A stretch of 40,465 nucleotides of DNA from Pseudomonadota bacterium (GTDB lineage: Bacteria > Bdellovibrionota_B > Oligoflexia > Oligoflexales > CAIYRB01). Where the stretch lies: positions 1-40,465 of the forward strand of contig JANOTL010000174.1 of NCBI GenBank assembly GCA_031416315.1. Reading direction: 5' to 3'. The notes under the pieces were generated by a model. That model did no database searches. It was not told where the DNA came from and worked only from the letters and a program-made list of their open reading frames with translations. The position numbers were made by a program, and so were the translations under genes. Every line of letters starts with the position of its first letter. Position 1 is the first letter of the stretch. Shown here in pieces: positions 28,250 to 36,339 of this stretch.

Positions 28250-29592
28250 GCCCGCAACGCCCGATCTCGCGCCGCGAGGCGCTGAAGCTCCTGGCCGCTG
28301 CCGGCCTCGTCTCGCCGTTCGCAGGAGGCATGCTGCCCTTGCCCGCGTTCCTGTCACCGCGTGCCCTGGCGCAAGCGACGAGCGACAGCAAGCTCTTGCA
28401 GGTCTTTCTCCTCGGCGGCTGGGACGCGCATCTCGCGACCGATCCCGTTCTGCCCGGCTCGGCGCAAGCGCTGAGCGGCGCGTTCGAGCCGGCCTATTAC
28501 ACGCCGCTCAACGCCAGCTACCCCGGGGCGGCCGCCTTCGTCTCCGGCAAGAGCAACGTCCGCCTCGGCCCCGGCTTGGCGGCGGCGCGCACGGCCCTTG
28601 GACAAGCCAGCGTCGCCGTGGTGAACGGCCTCTTCGTCGAGGTGACGGCGCACGAGCTGGCGGTCAATTACCTCTATTCCGGAAAATTGAGCCTATCGCG
28701 CTCGCGCGAGTATCCGGCGGCGATCGCGACCCTGGCCGACAAGATCGGCGGTTTTCCGGCGCACGTGGTGCTGGGCGCCGGCATTCCTTTGGGCGAGACG
28801 GTGAACTCGAATCCGCCGCTGGTCTCTAGCGACGCCGAGACGCTCGCGAAGGCCCTCGCCGGGCCATACAAAAGTGACTTCGAGGTGAAGCGTGAGACGA
28901 TCGACGCGGGGCACGAACTGCTCGCGATCCTGAACACGCATTTTCAGGCGCGGCTCGCGGCCAACGAGCGCGGCAGTTTGGGCGGTTGGAACGCCTCGGA
29001 GGCCGGGCTCACGACCTTGTACGCCAAGCGCTTCGATCAAAAGCTCGGGCTTTCTTCGGCCTTGCGCCTGGCCTTCGGCGCGGCCGCGAACGACGACGTC
29101 GGGGCGCGGCTGGCGACGGCGGCGCAGTGCTTGAAAGAGGGCGTGACGCGCTTCGCGACCGTGACCTGCGACGGCTTCGACACGCACCAAACGCATTTCG
29201 TGCGGCATCTGCCGCCGATGCAGCAAGTGGCGGCGGCGCTCGCCGGGCTCGTGAACTACCTGGCGACCGAGGCGGACCCGGATTCGCCGTCGAAAAAGCT
29301 CCTGGAGACGACGACGGTCCTTGTGACCTCGGAGTTCAACCGCACTCCGGCCCTGAACGCGGCCGGCGGGACGGACCACTGGCAGACGGGCGCGGCGCTC
29401 CTTTTCGGGCGCGGCGTGCGCGACGACCGCGTGATCGGGGGCACGGACGCGCAAGGGAACGGGGCGGACTACGCGCCCATCGGCGGCAAGCTCCTGCCGG
29501 ATCATCTCGCGGCCTCGCTCCTTCGCATGATGGGACTCACCGCGGAAGCGGACCAGATCTCGGAGGTGCACCTCGGTGATCTGTTCACGTAA
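28246..29592 (+). CDS. Tat-exported DUF1501 family protein
   Basis: SRREALK twin-Arg signal; VFLLGGWD, GFDTH, VTSEFNRTP, GGTDHW and VIGGTD; ATGA overlap with the upstream gene. Confidence 0.88.
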   Translation: MSPQRPISRREALKLLAAAGLVSPFAGGMLPLPAFLSPRALAQATSDSKLLQVFLLGGWDAHLATDPVLPGSAQALSGAFEPAYYTPLNASYPGAAAFVSGKSNVRLGPGLAAARTALGQASVAVVNGLFVEVTAHELAVNYLYSGKLSLSRSREYPAAIATLADKIGGFPAHVVLGAGIPLGETVNSNPPLVSSDAETLAKALAGPYKSDFEVKRETIDAGHELLAILNTHFQARLAANERGSLGGWNASEAGLTTLYAKRFDQKLGLSSALRLAFGAAANDDVGARLATAAQCLKEGVTRFATVTCDGFDTHQTHFVRHLPPMQQVAAALAGLVNYLATEADPDSPSKKLLETTTVLVTSEFNRTPALNAAGGTDHWQTGAALLFGRGVRDDRVIGGTDAQGNGADYAPIGGKLLPDHLAASLLRMMGLTAEADQISEVHLGDLFT

Positions 29593-31174
29593 CGCGACGC
29601 TCGTCCTTCTGGCGGTTCTCCTGGCGCTGCCGGCTGCGGCCCAAGAGGGCGTGGCGCAATTTCGACAGCTCTCGCGCGCGGCGCGAGATCGACTGCCGTC
29701 GAGCGACGAGGCGCGGGCTTTTCATGCCGCGGGCGACAAGACGGCGGCGCTCGAGGCGAGCCTTGCCGCGTGGCTTGTGAGCTCCGAGCACGAGGATCGC
29801 GTCCGCCGCCATTTTCACGACCTGTTCGGAATCGAGCCCTGGGTCTTCATCGCCGAGGGGAGCCTCGACCTGATCCCTTACGCCGGGGGCGGCGCCGAGG
29901 CGCCAAGCGATCTGACGACCACGGGCGTGTGGCATCTGCCGGCCTCGGTGAAACCGACCTGTGGCGCCCCCGTGACGCGGACGGCGTGGTGGTCGGACAC
30001 GCCGATCCAGATCTGCTCGACGGCCGTGTCGTCGGCGATCGTTTTTCCCGGCAATCCCTTCGTCTACTGCCCGGATCCCTTCGGCGCGAACGGGATTCGT
30101 CACGCTGCCTGCGGCTGCGGCGCGGAGCAAGTCTTGTGCATTCCGCGACCGTTCAAGGGCAAGATCGTCGCCGGGGTCGTGCAGGAGTTCGCCGAGCGCG
30201 CGCTCTACGCGTATGCGAACGGCAAAACTTGGACCGAGCTGCTCGGCGGTGATCTCTTTTACGGGGATCGCTGGCTATACCATCACTATCTCTATCAGGA
30301 GCGCATTTTGCCGCGCGGGGAGGCGCCGAACGCGGCCGAGATGGCGCTTCTCCGGGCTTTGCCGATCGACGGCACGAAGGCCGAGATGAGCTTTCCGATC
30401 GCGAGCGTCGAGCGCGCCGGCGTCGCCACGGCGCCGGCCTTTCTGCGCCGCTTCAACAACTTCCGATCGCGGATCCGGGCCCTCTCCGAGCGCCTCTTGT
30501 GCAAGGACGTCGACGGCTCGCTCAACACCTCGGGCATCACGACCTTCGTCAACCCGGATCTCAGCGCGTTCGACCGCGAGCACGGGACGAAGGAAGACTG
30601 CGCGAGCTGCCACTACGGCATGGACAACCTCGGCTCGACCTTGCTCGGCTGGGGGCCGGAGGGCTTCTATCAGACCTACCCGACGACGTTCTCGCAGCTG
30701 GGGCACGTGTTCGGCGTCGACGGCACGGGGCCGCGGCTCTTGATGAACGGGTTCCTCGAGCAACCGGGATTCAACGAATGCATGGCGAAGACTGCCTGGG
30801 AGGACTTCTCCGGGATCGCTTGGACGGCGCTGGCGGAGGACGAGCGGGTCGCGCTGACGAGCGCGGCGGCGAGCGGGCCGCGAGGGGCGATTCGGGGCGT
30901 GTTGGAGTCAGTGGCTTTGCGGGATGCGCGGAAGCAGACGCACGCATTGGTGACGACGGCGGCGCCGGCGATCACGTTCGAGCAGGTTCGGCCGCTGCTA
31001 GAGCGGAGTTGTAACGGCGCCGAGTGTCACGGAACGACCTACGTCGGGAATGAAGCGGCACTGAAGGCAGCGCCGGCGTCGAGGGTGGAGAGTGGGTCGA
31101 TGCCGCCTTCGGGGTCGGGGCGGTCGCTGACGGCGGAAGAGCGAGGGTTGATCGTTCGGTTCATGACGCCGTGA
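29576..31174 (+). CDS. Secreted Cys-rich c-type cytochrome-like protein (DUF1585/DUF1588-like)
   Basis: Signal peptide; CASCH at 30599-30613 in H....CASCH..MD.LG context; C-terminal CNGAECH...SMPP small cytochrome-like domain. Confidence 0.75.
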   Translation: MICSRNATLVLLAVLLALPAAAQEGVAQFRQLSRAARDRLPSSDEARAFHAAGDKTAALEASLAAWLVSSEHEDRVRRHFHDLFGIEPWVFIAEGSLDLIPYAGGGAEAPSDLTTTGVWHLPASVKPTCGAPVTRTAWWSDTPIQICSTAVSSAIVFPGNPFVYCPDPFGANGIRHAACGCGAEQVLCIPRPFKGKIVAGVVQEFAERALYAYANGKTWTELLGGDLFYGDRWLYHHYLYQERILPRGEAPNAAEMALLRALPIDGTKAEMSFPIASVERAGVATAPAFLRRFNNFRSRIRALSERLLCKDVDGSLNTSGITTFVNPDLSAFDREHGTKEDCASCHYGMDNLGSTLLGWGPEGFYQTYPTTFSQLGHVFGVDGTGPRLLMNGFLEQPGFNECMAKTAWEDFSGIAWTALAEDERVALTSAAASGPRGAIRGVLESVALRDARKQTHALVTTAAPAITFEQVRPLLERSCNGAECHGTTYVGNEAALKAAPASRVESGSMPPSGSGRSLTAEERGLIVRFMTP

Positions 31175-31195
31175 CCGGCCGCCCGGCCGTCGCCA

Positions 31196-31436
31196 TCAAA
31201 GTCCCATCGCCTGCGCAAATCCAGCCATGAACGTGTCGATCGACGTCTTCGTCGTGCTTGCCGCAGCGCGGGCCTTCGACGGCACCAAAACGCCGTCGTT
31301 GTATGCCCGGTACATCTCCGCCATCCGCGCCGCCGTATCCGCGCTCAGGCCTGATCCCATCATCGCCGCCTGCGCATCCGCATACGGAAACTGGACGTAG
31401 CCCGTCGCGACGCCGGTGAGCTGGTTTATCGCTCAT
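31196..31436 (-). pseudogene. Remnant of an NmrA/NAD(P)-binding family gene (C-terminus only)
   Basis: Minus frame reads ...LTGVATGYVQFPYADAQAAMMGSGLSADTAARMAEMYRAYNDG...TTKTSIDTFMAGFAQAMGL*, a typical NmrA-like C-terminus. The upstream ATG at 31436 is out of frame and the Rossmann core is missing. Confidence 0.65.
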
Positions 31437-31445
31437 CGCATCTCA

Positions 31446-31889
31446 TTACTGAAATAGATGATGGTGATGCTTTTCATTGATTTCGTGAATGGCAGAGAGG
31501 ATGATCGGATGGTAGCCGAAGACCGCGGCGACCTCTGCGAGCGGCAGCCAATCGACGCCGCAGTGGTAGGCGGTGTCCTCGACCGGTCCGGGAGGCGTCC
31601 AAGGCTCGCGCAGCACACCGCGAAAGAAACTCGTATGACAATCGACCAGCTTCCCGTCCCACAGGAAATCGTAGCGACGCACGACGAGGCTCTCGGGATC
31701 GACCTCGACCCGATATCCGGCCTCTTCCCAGGTCTCGCGCGCGCCGGCCTCGGCGGCCGACTCGCCCGGCTCGATGCCGCCGCCGGGAACGTAAGTGCGG
31801 ACCTCCCTCGACGTCGGATCCTGCAAGCGCACGACGAGCATTTTCCCCGCGTGCACGACGACGACCGAGGCGCGAAAGCGCGTTTTCAT
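31446..31889 (-). CDS. NUDIX hydrolase
   Basis: Nudix box PGGGIEPGESAAEAGARETWEEAG; GGGAGG RBS. Confidence 0.9.
   Translation of the reverse strand: MKTRFRASVVVVHAGKMLVVRLQDPTSREVRTYVPGGGIEPGESAAEAGARETWEEAGYRVEVDPESLVVRRYDFLWDGKLVDCHTSFFRGVLREPWTPPGPVEDTAYHCGVDWLPLAEVAAVFGYHPIILSAIHEINEKHHHHLFQ
31454..31490. promoter_or_regulatory. Putative LysR (T-N11-A) operator pair overlapping the NUDIX 3' end
   Basis: ATA-N9-GAT (31454-31468) and ATT-N9-AAT (31476-31490), 22 bp apart, in an AT-rich island. Confidence 0.55.
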
Positions 31890-31921
31890 GCGAGGTCCCT
31901 CCCCTACCGCATGGTAACCGG

Positions 31922-32824
31922 ATGAACCTCTATGCCGTCGACCTGAATCTCCTGGTCGTCCTCGAGGCTCTGCTCGCTGAAGCGCACGTCACCCGCGCGG
32001 CGAAGCTCGTCGGCCTGAGCCAGCCGGCGATGAGCAACGCTTTGTCGCGCCTGCGCGAGCTTTTCAACGATCCTCTGCTCGTGCGCACGACCGGCGGCAT
32101 GCAGCCGACGCCGCGGGCGGAAGAGCTGCGCGGCCCCTTGGTGGAGGCCCTGCGCGTCGTACGGGAGAACGTCCTGAGCCCGAAGGGTTTCGATCCGGCG
32201 CGCTCGGTGATGAGCTTCCGGCTCGCGGCCGCGGACTACGAGCAGCTCGTGCTCTTGCCCCAGCTCATGCGCCGCTTGGCCGCCGAGGCGCCCGGCGTGA
32301 GCCTCGAGCTCACGATTCCGTCGAGTCGCCTGCCGGTCGAAGACCTCGCGCACGGGCGGATCGACGCGATGATCGGCGTGCACGAGGAGATGCACGGCGG
32401 TCTCTATAAGACGCCGGTCCTCGAAGATCGCTTCGTCTGCGCGCTCCGCTCGGGGCATCCGCTGGAAAGGCAGCGGCTCACCCTAGCCCGCTACGTCGCG
32501 ATGGAGCATTTGCTCATCTCGCCTTTCGGCGGCATGACCGGCTCGGTCGACCAGGCGCTGGCGGCGCAGGGCTTGCGGCGCGTGGTCAAAGTCGCCGTGC
32601 CGCATTTCGCGCTCGCGCCATGGGTCTTGATCCGCTCGGATTACGTCCTGACCTTGCCCGAGCGGGCCGGCGTGGCCTACGCCGAGCACTTACCGCTCAA
32701 GCTGGTGAAACCGCCGCTCACGATTCCCGGCTTCAAAGAGCACCTGTACTGGCATGAAAGAACGCATAGAGATCCAGCGCATCGCTGGTTTCGCCAGCTT
32801 CTGAAGGAAGTCGCGTCCGTCTAG
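31922..32824 (+). CDS. LysR family transcriptional regulator (NodD/MexT-like)
   Basis: DLNLLVVLEALLAEAHVTRAA...LSQPAMSNALSRLR...DPLLVR; C-terminal WHERTHRDPAHRWFR. Confidence 0.95.
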   Translation: MNLYAVDLNLLVVLEALLAEAHVTRAAKLVGLSQPAMSNALSRLRELFNDPLLVRTTGGMQPTPRAEELRGPLVEALRVVRENVLSPKGFDPARSVMSFRLAAADYEQLVLLPQLMRRLAAEAPGVSLELTIPSSRLPVEDLAHGRIDAMIGVHEEMHGGLYKTPVLEDRFVCALRSGHPLERQRLTLARYVAMEHLLISPFGGMTGSVDQALAAQGLRRVVKVAVPHFALAPWVLIRSDYVLTLPERAGVAYAEHLPLKLVKPPLTIPGFKEHLYWHERTHRDPAHRWFRQLLKEVASV

Positions 32825-32864
32825 GTATGATAGACTCTGAAGGTTTTCTACAAGGGGTCCTCGC

Positions 32865-34253
32865 ATGAAAGACGTCCTGACCAAGCTCGCCAAGGCGCAG
32901 ACCGGCTTCGTCGAGCTGCGTTATCACCGCCGCACTTCTAACTCCTTCGTCGCGACCAAAGGTCGGGTCGACGTGGCCAATAGCTCGATCACCGAGGGCG
33001 TCGGCGTCCGCGCGCTCGTCGACGGCGCCTGGGGCTTCGCCGCCACCGCCGACACCACCGACGCCGCGATCACGCGCGCCATCGCCGACGCGCAGAGCAT
33101 GGCGAAAGCCCTCGCGAAAGCTCGCGGCAAACGCGACGTGAAGATGGCCCGCGGACGGCTCGCCACCATGGATCTGACGCTCGACGGCTACCAGGAGCTG
33201 CGGGACATGCCGATCGAGGGCAAGCTCGGCCACGTCGTCGACCTCGAGCGCCGTCTCGCGGCGAGCTCGGGCAAGGTGCACACCGCCCGCTGCCGCTACA
33301 ACGAGCTCATCGAGGAAAAAGCCATCGCCACCAGCGACGGCGCCTCCGCCGCGGTGCGCTTCGCGCAGCCCGAGATCTCGCTTTCCGCCATCGCCGAGAG
33401 CGGCGGCGAGCGCGCCTCGGGGAGCAAGGGCGCCGGCGTCAACGGCGGTTGGGCCTGCCTCTTCCGCCATCCGGCGCTCGAAGGCATGGTCGACGAGACC
33501 GCGAAGATCGCCGTCGACCTCCTCGACGCGAAGTACCCCGAAGGCGGCCAGAAGACGGTGATCCTCGCACCCTCCGTCGTCGGCCTCCTCTGCCACGAGG
33601 CGGTCGGCCACACGGTCGAGGCCGACTTCGTGAAGTCCGGCTCCGTGGCGCAAGGCATGATCGGCCAACGCGTGGCCTCCGACCTCGTCACCATGTGCGA
33701 TTCCGGGAAAGAGACGATCGCGGGCTACGCCGTCGGCAACCTTCCCTTCGACGACGAAGGCGTGGAGACGGAAAACACCGTCATCATCAACAACGGCATG
33801 CTCGCCTCGTACCTGCACAACCGCGAGTCGGCCGCCGAGTTCGGCGTGGAGCCGACCGGCAACGCGCGCGCCTGGCTCTTCAACGACGAGCCCCTCATCC
33901 GGATGCGCAACACCTACCTCATGCCCGGCACGTCCAACCTGGCCGACATGATCATGGGCGTCGAAGACGGCTACCTCGTCGACGGCGCCGGCGGCGGCCA
34001 GGCCGACTCGAACGGCGAGTTCATGTTCGGCACGGGCTACGTCTACCGCATCAAGAACGGCAAGAAGATGGAGCTCCTGCGCGAAGCGACGCTCTCCGGC
34101 ATCGCCTTCGACGTCTTGAAGACGGTCGACGCGGTCAGCAAGGAATTCCGCTGGGACCTCGGCACCGGCTACTGCGGCAAAGGCCAGGCGGCGAAAGTCG
34201 ACGCGGGCGGCCCCTACGTCCGCTGCCGCATCTCGGTCGGAGGCCGTCAATGA
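32865..34253 (+). CDS. tldD: TldD metalloprotease subunit
   Basis: GVGVRALVDGAWGFA, HEAVGHTVEAD, FDDEG, TGNAR, RMRNTY and GYCGK. Confidence 0.92.
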   Translation: MKDVLTKLAKAQTGFVELRYHRRTSNSFVATKGRVDVANSSITEGVGVRALVDGAWGFAATADTTDAAITRAIADAQSMAKALAKARGKRDVKMARGRLATMDLTLDGYQELRDMPIEGKLGHVVDLERRLAASSGKVHTARCRYNELIEEKAIATSDGASAAVRFAQPEISLSAIAESGGERASGSKGAGVNGGWACLFRHPALEGMVDETAKIAVDLLDAKYPEGGQKTVILAPSVVGLLCHEAVGHTVEADFVKSGSVAQGMIGQRVASDLVTMCDSGKETIAGYAVGNLPFDDEGVETENTVIINNGMLASYLHNRESAAEFGVEPTGNARAWLFNDEPLIRMRNTYLMPGTSNLADMIMGVEDGYLVDGAGGGQADSNGEFMFGTGYVYRIKNGKKMELLREATLSGIAFDVLKTVDAVSKEFRWDLGTGYCGKGQAAKVDAGGPYVRCRISVGGRQ

Positions 34254-35605
34254 GCGCCAATCTCGACAAGATGTCCGAAGGCCTCGATCAGCTCGCGGAG
34301 CGCGCGCTCGGGATGGCGAAAGAGCTCGGCGCCGACGCCGCCAAGGTCGGCACCTCCCTCTCCTTCCAGCGCCGCCTCGTCGTGGAGAACAAGCAGTTCA
34401 CGCTGGCGAACAGCCTCGAGTCGCGCTCGATCGGCATCTTGGTGCACAAAGACAAGAAGAAGGGTTCGGCGTCCCTCAACTCGATCGACGAAAAGGCCGT
34501 GCGCCAGGCCGTCCAGGACGCCTTGGCTCTGGCGCGCTACTCGGTCCCCGATCCGGACCTGACGCTGGCGACGAAGGACGTCGCGACGCCGGCGAAGCAG
34601 CTCGCGTTCCAGTATGACGAGCCGCTCGCCGCGATGGGGCTGGAAGAGCTGCAAGGCATCATGGCGGAGACCTTGGTCCGCCTCACTGCCGACAAGCGCG
34701 TGGCGCTCGATCGTTACGAAGCGAGCGTCGACGTGTCCTGGCACGGCATGCGCAACTCGCTCGGCGTGAAACAGGCGGAGCGCCAGTCGATCACGTCCTG
34801 GAGCTTTTTCGGCATGGCCCGCGACGGGGACGAAGTCACGGGCTTCGACTACGACGGCAACTTCAGCTTCGGCAAGACCGGCCTCGCCGCGAAGGCGATG
34901 CACGACGCCGACGTCTTCACGAAAAAGATCCTGGGCGCCCTGAAGCCGCGCAAAGCGCCGAGCTACAAGGGCCCGATCCTGATGACGCCGCGCGCCGTGC
35001 AGGAATTGCTGTTCGGCATGGTGCTCTACCATGCGGGCGGCCGTCAGGTGATGGACGCGAAAAGCCGCTGGAACGACGCCGTGGGCAAAGAGGTCGTCTC
35101 GAAGCTCCTGACGCTGAAAGATAACCCGCACGATCCGCGGCTCTCCGGCGCGACGGCCTTCGACGGCGACGGCGTGCCGACGCGGCCGACGACGATCCTC
35201 GACAAAGGCGTTCTGGCGCTGCATCTGCACGACTGCTACAGCGCGAAGCGCTGCAAGACGAAGACGACCGGGCACTCCGGCGGGCCTTTTGCCTTGGAGC
35301 TCGCGGCCGGCACCTCGACCCTGACCGATCTGGCGAAGAGCCGGACGGAGCTCCTCGTCGTCGACCGCTTCTCGGGCAACTCCGATCCCGTTAAAGGCGA
35401 CTTCAGCGGCGTGGCGAAGTCGAGCCGCCTCTACGTCGACGGCAAGGACGCCGGCGCGGTGACAGAGACGATGATCGCGGGCAACTTCTTCGAGCTGGCA
35501 CAGGCGGTCCTCGGCGTCTCGAAGGAGCAGGAGAACGTCTCCGGCAGCTGCCTTGCGCCTTGGATTCTGGTCGACGGCATCTCGGTCACCGGCAACGCCG
35601 ACTGA
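34250..35605 (+). CDS. pmbA: TldE/PmbA subunit
   Basis: ATGA overlap with tldD; FDGDGVPT, GDFSG and ETMIAGN; lacks HExxH. Confidence 0.88.
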   Translation: MSANLDKMSEGLDQLAERALGMAKELGADAAKVGTSLSFQRRLVVENKQFTLANSLESRSIGILVHKDKKKGSASLNSIDEKAVRQAVQDALALARYSVPDPDLTLATKDVATPAKQLAFQYDEPLAAMGLEELQGIMAETLVRLTADKRVALDRYEASVDVSWHGMRNSLGVKQAERQSITSWSFFGMARDGDEVTGFDYDGNFSFGKTGLAAKAMHDADVFTKKILGALKPRKAPSYKGPILMTPRAVQELLFGMVLYHAGGRQVMDAKSRWNDAVGKEVVSKLLTLKDNPHDPRLSGATAFDGDGVPTRPTTILDKGVLALHLHDCYSAKRCKTKTTGHSGGPFALELAAGTSTLTDLAKSRTELLVVDRFSGNSDPVKGDFSGVAKSSRLYVDGKDAGAVTETMIAGNFFELAQAVLGVSKEQENVSGSCLAPWILVDGISVTGNAD

Positions 35606-35880
35606 AGGCGGCGCGGGGGACCTGGTGCCTTCGGCTCCCGCGTCCCCGCCCGCAAGATGGGCACGTACCGAACTTGCGCGCTCGTCGCGGTATGTTTTCA
35701 GACGCTGACGGCGACGTAAATGAGCGGGAGCGTGCAGGTGCATCCAGCGCCGCGGACGATGAAGCAGACGTGAGGGTAAACGGGCTAGCCACAGGGTGGG
35801 GCGCAGGCGCACGCACAAGCGATAAGCACATGCGTATGGCGAGGAAAACGTCGACGGTGCGCCGCACGGCCCGTCCGGCA

Positions 35881-36129
35881 TTACCGGACACACCCTAGCG
35901 GCGTCGATCCGTCGGGCTTGCGCATGGATTTGATGCCGCTGAGGGTTTCGAAGATTTCGCTGACTGAATCTCCGGACGGCCTCGGGTGGCTTTCGAGCAC
36001 GAAGAAGGTGTCCACCTCTTGCCATTCACGTCGATCCGCTTCGGAAGCTTCGTTGAAGGCGAAGACATGGTCGCCGAGCGAGATGCGGAAGCCGGTTCTG
36101 GATCTATGGATGAAGGAACGGTGGGACAT
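35881..36129 (-). CDS. Small hypothetical protein (82 aa)
   Basis: Strong GGAGGT RBS 5 nt before ATG 36129; plausible composition; no motif. Confidence 0.55.
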   Translation of the reverse strand: MSHRSFIHRSRTGFRISLGDHVFAFNEASEADRREWQEVDTFFVLESHPRPSGDSVSEIFETLSGIKSMRKPDGSTPLGCVR

Positions 36130-36339
36130 CAACGACCTCCGGCGCTTCTCAGCCGCGCATCGCCTAGATTAGCGCTCGGCCCGCCGGTCTTTCATCCCGG
36201 AAATTCGTACTGGGGTGTCCGGCATCGAGCTGGTTATGGGAGTCGTAAAGCGCGAGAACGCCAAACAATTCTCGATGAGCGCTGAAACTTGGGCCCGTTC
36301 CGGTCGATAGGCTTTGGGAATACACGGAAAGGGGTGCCC

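Noticed and set aside
31446..31475. His4 tail on NUDIX as a metal-binding tag
   Set aside because: Better explained as translation of the ATC/GAT-rich LysR-box DNA.
33449..35605. N-terminally extended ORF calls (718-aa TldE, 753-aa Glk, 689-aa DUF1501, 529-aa DUF2914) as fusions or frameshifts
   Set aside because: The extensions are off-frame or antisense overlaps of neighbouring genes; better starts exist at 34250, 14030, 28246 and 24918.
35692..35898. 68-aa plus-strand ORF (MFSDADGDV...)
   Set aside because: No RBS, atypical codon usage, and it overlaps the end of the better-supported minus-strand ORF.
32865..36129. TldD/E as part of a RiPP cluster
   Set aside because: No YcaO, radical SAM, lanthipeptide enzyme, transporter or convincing precursor nearby.
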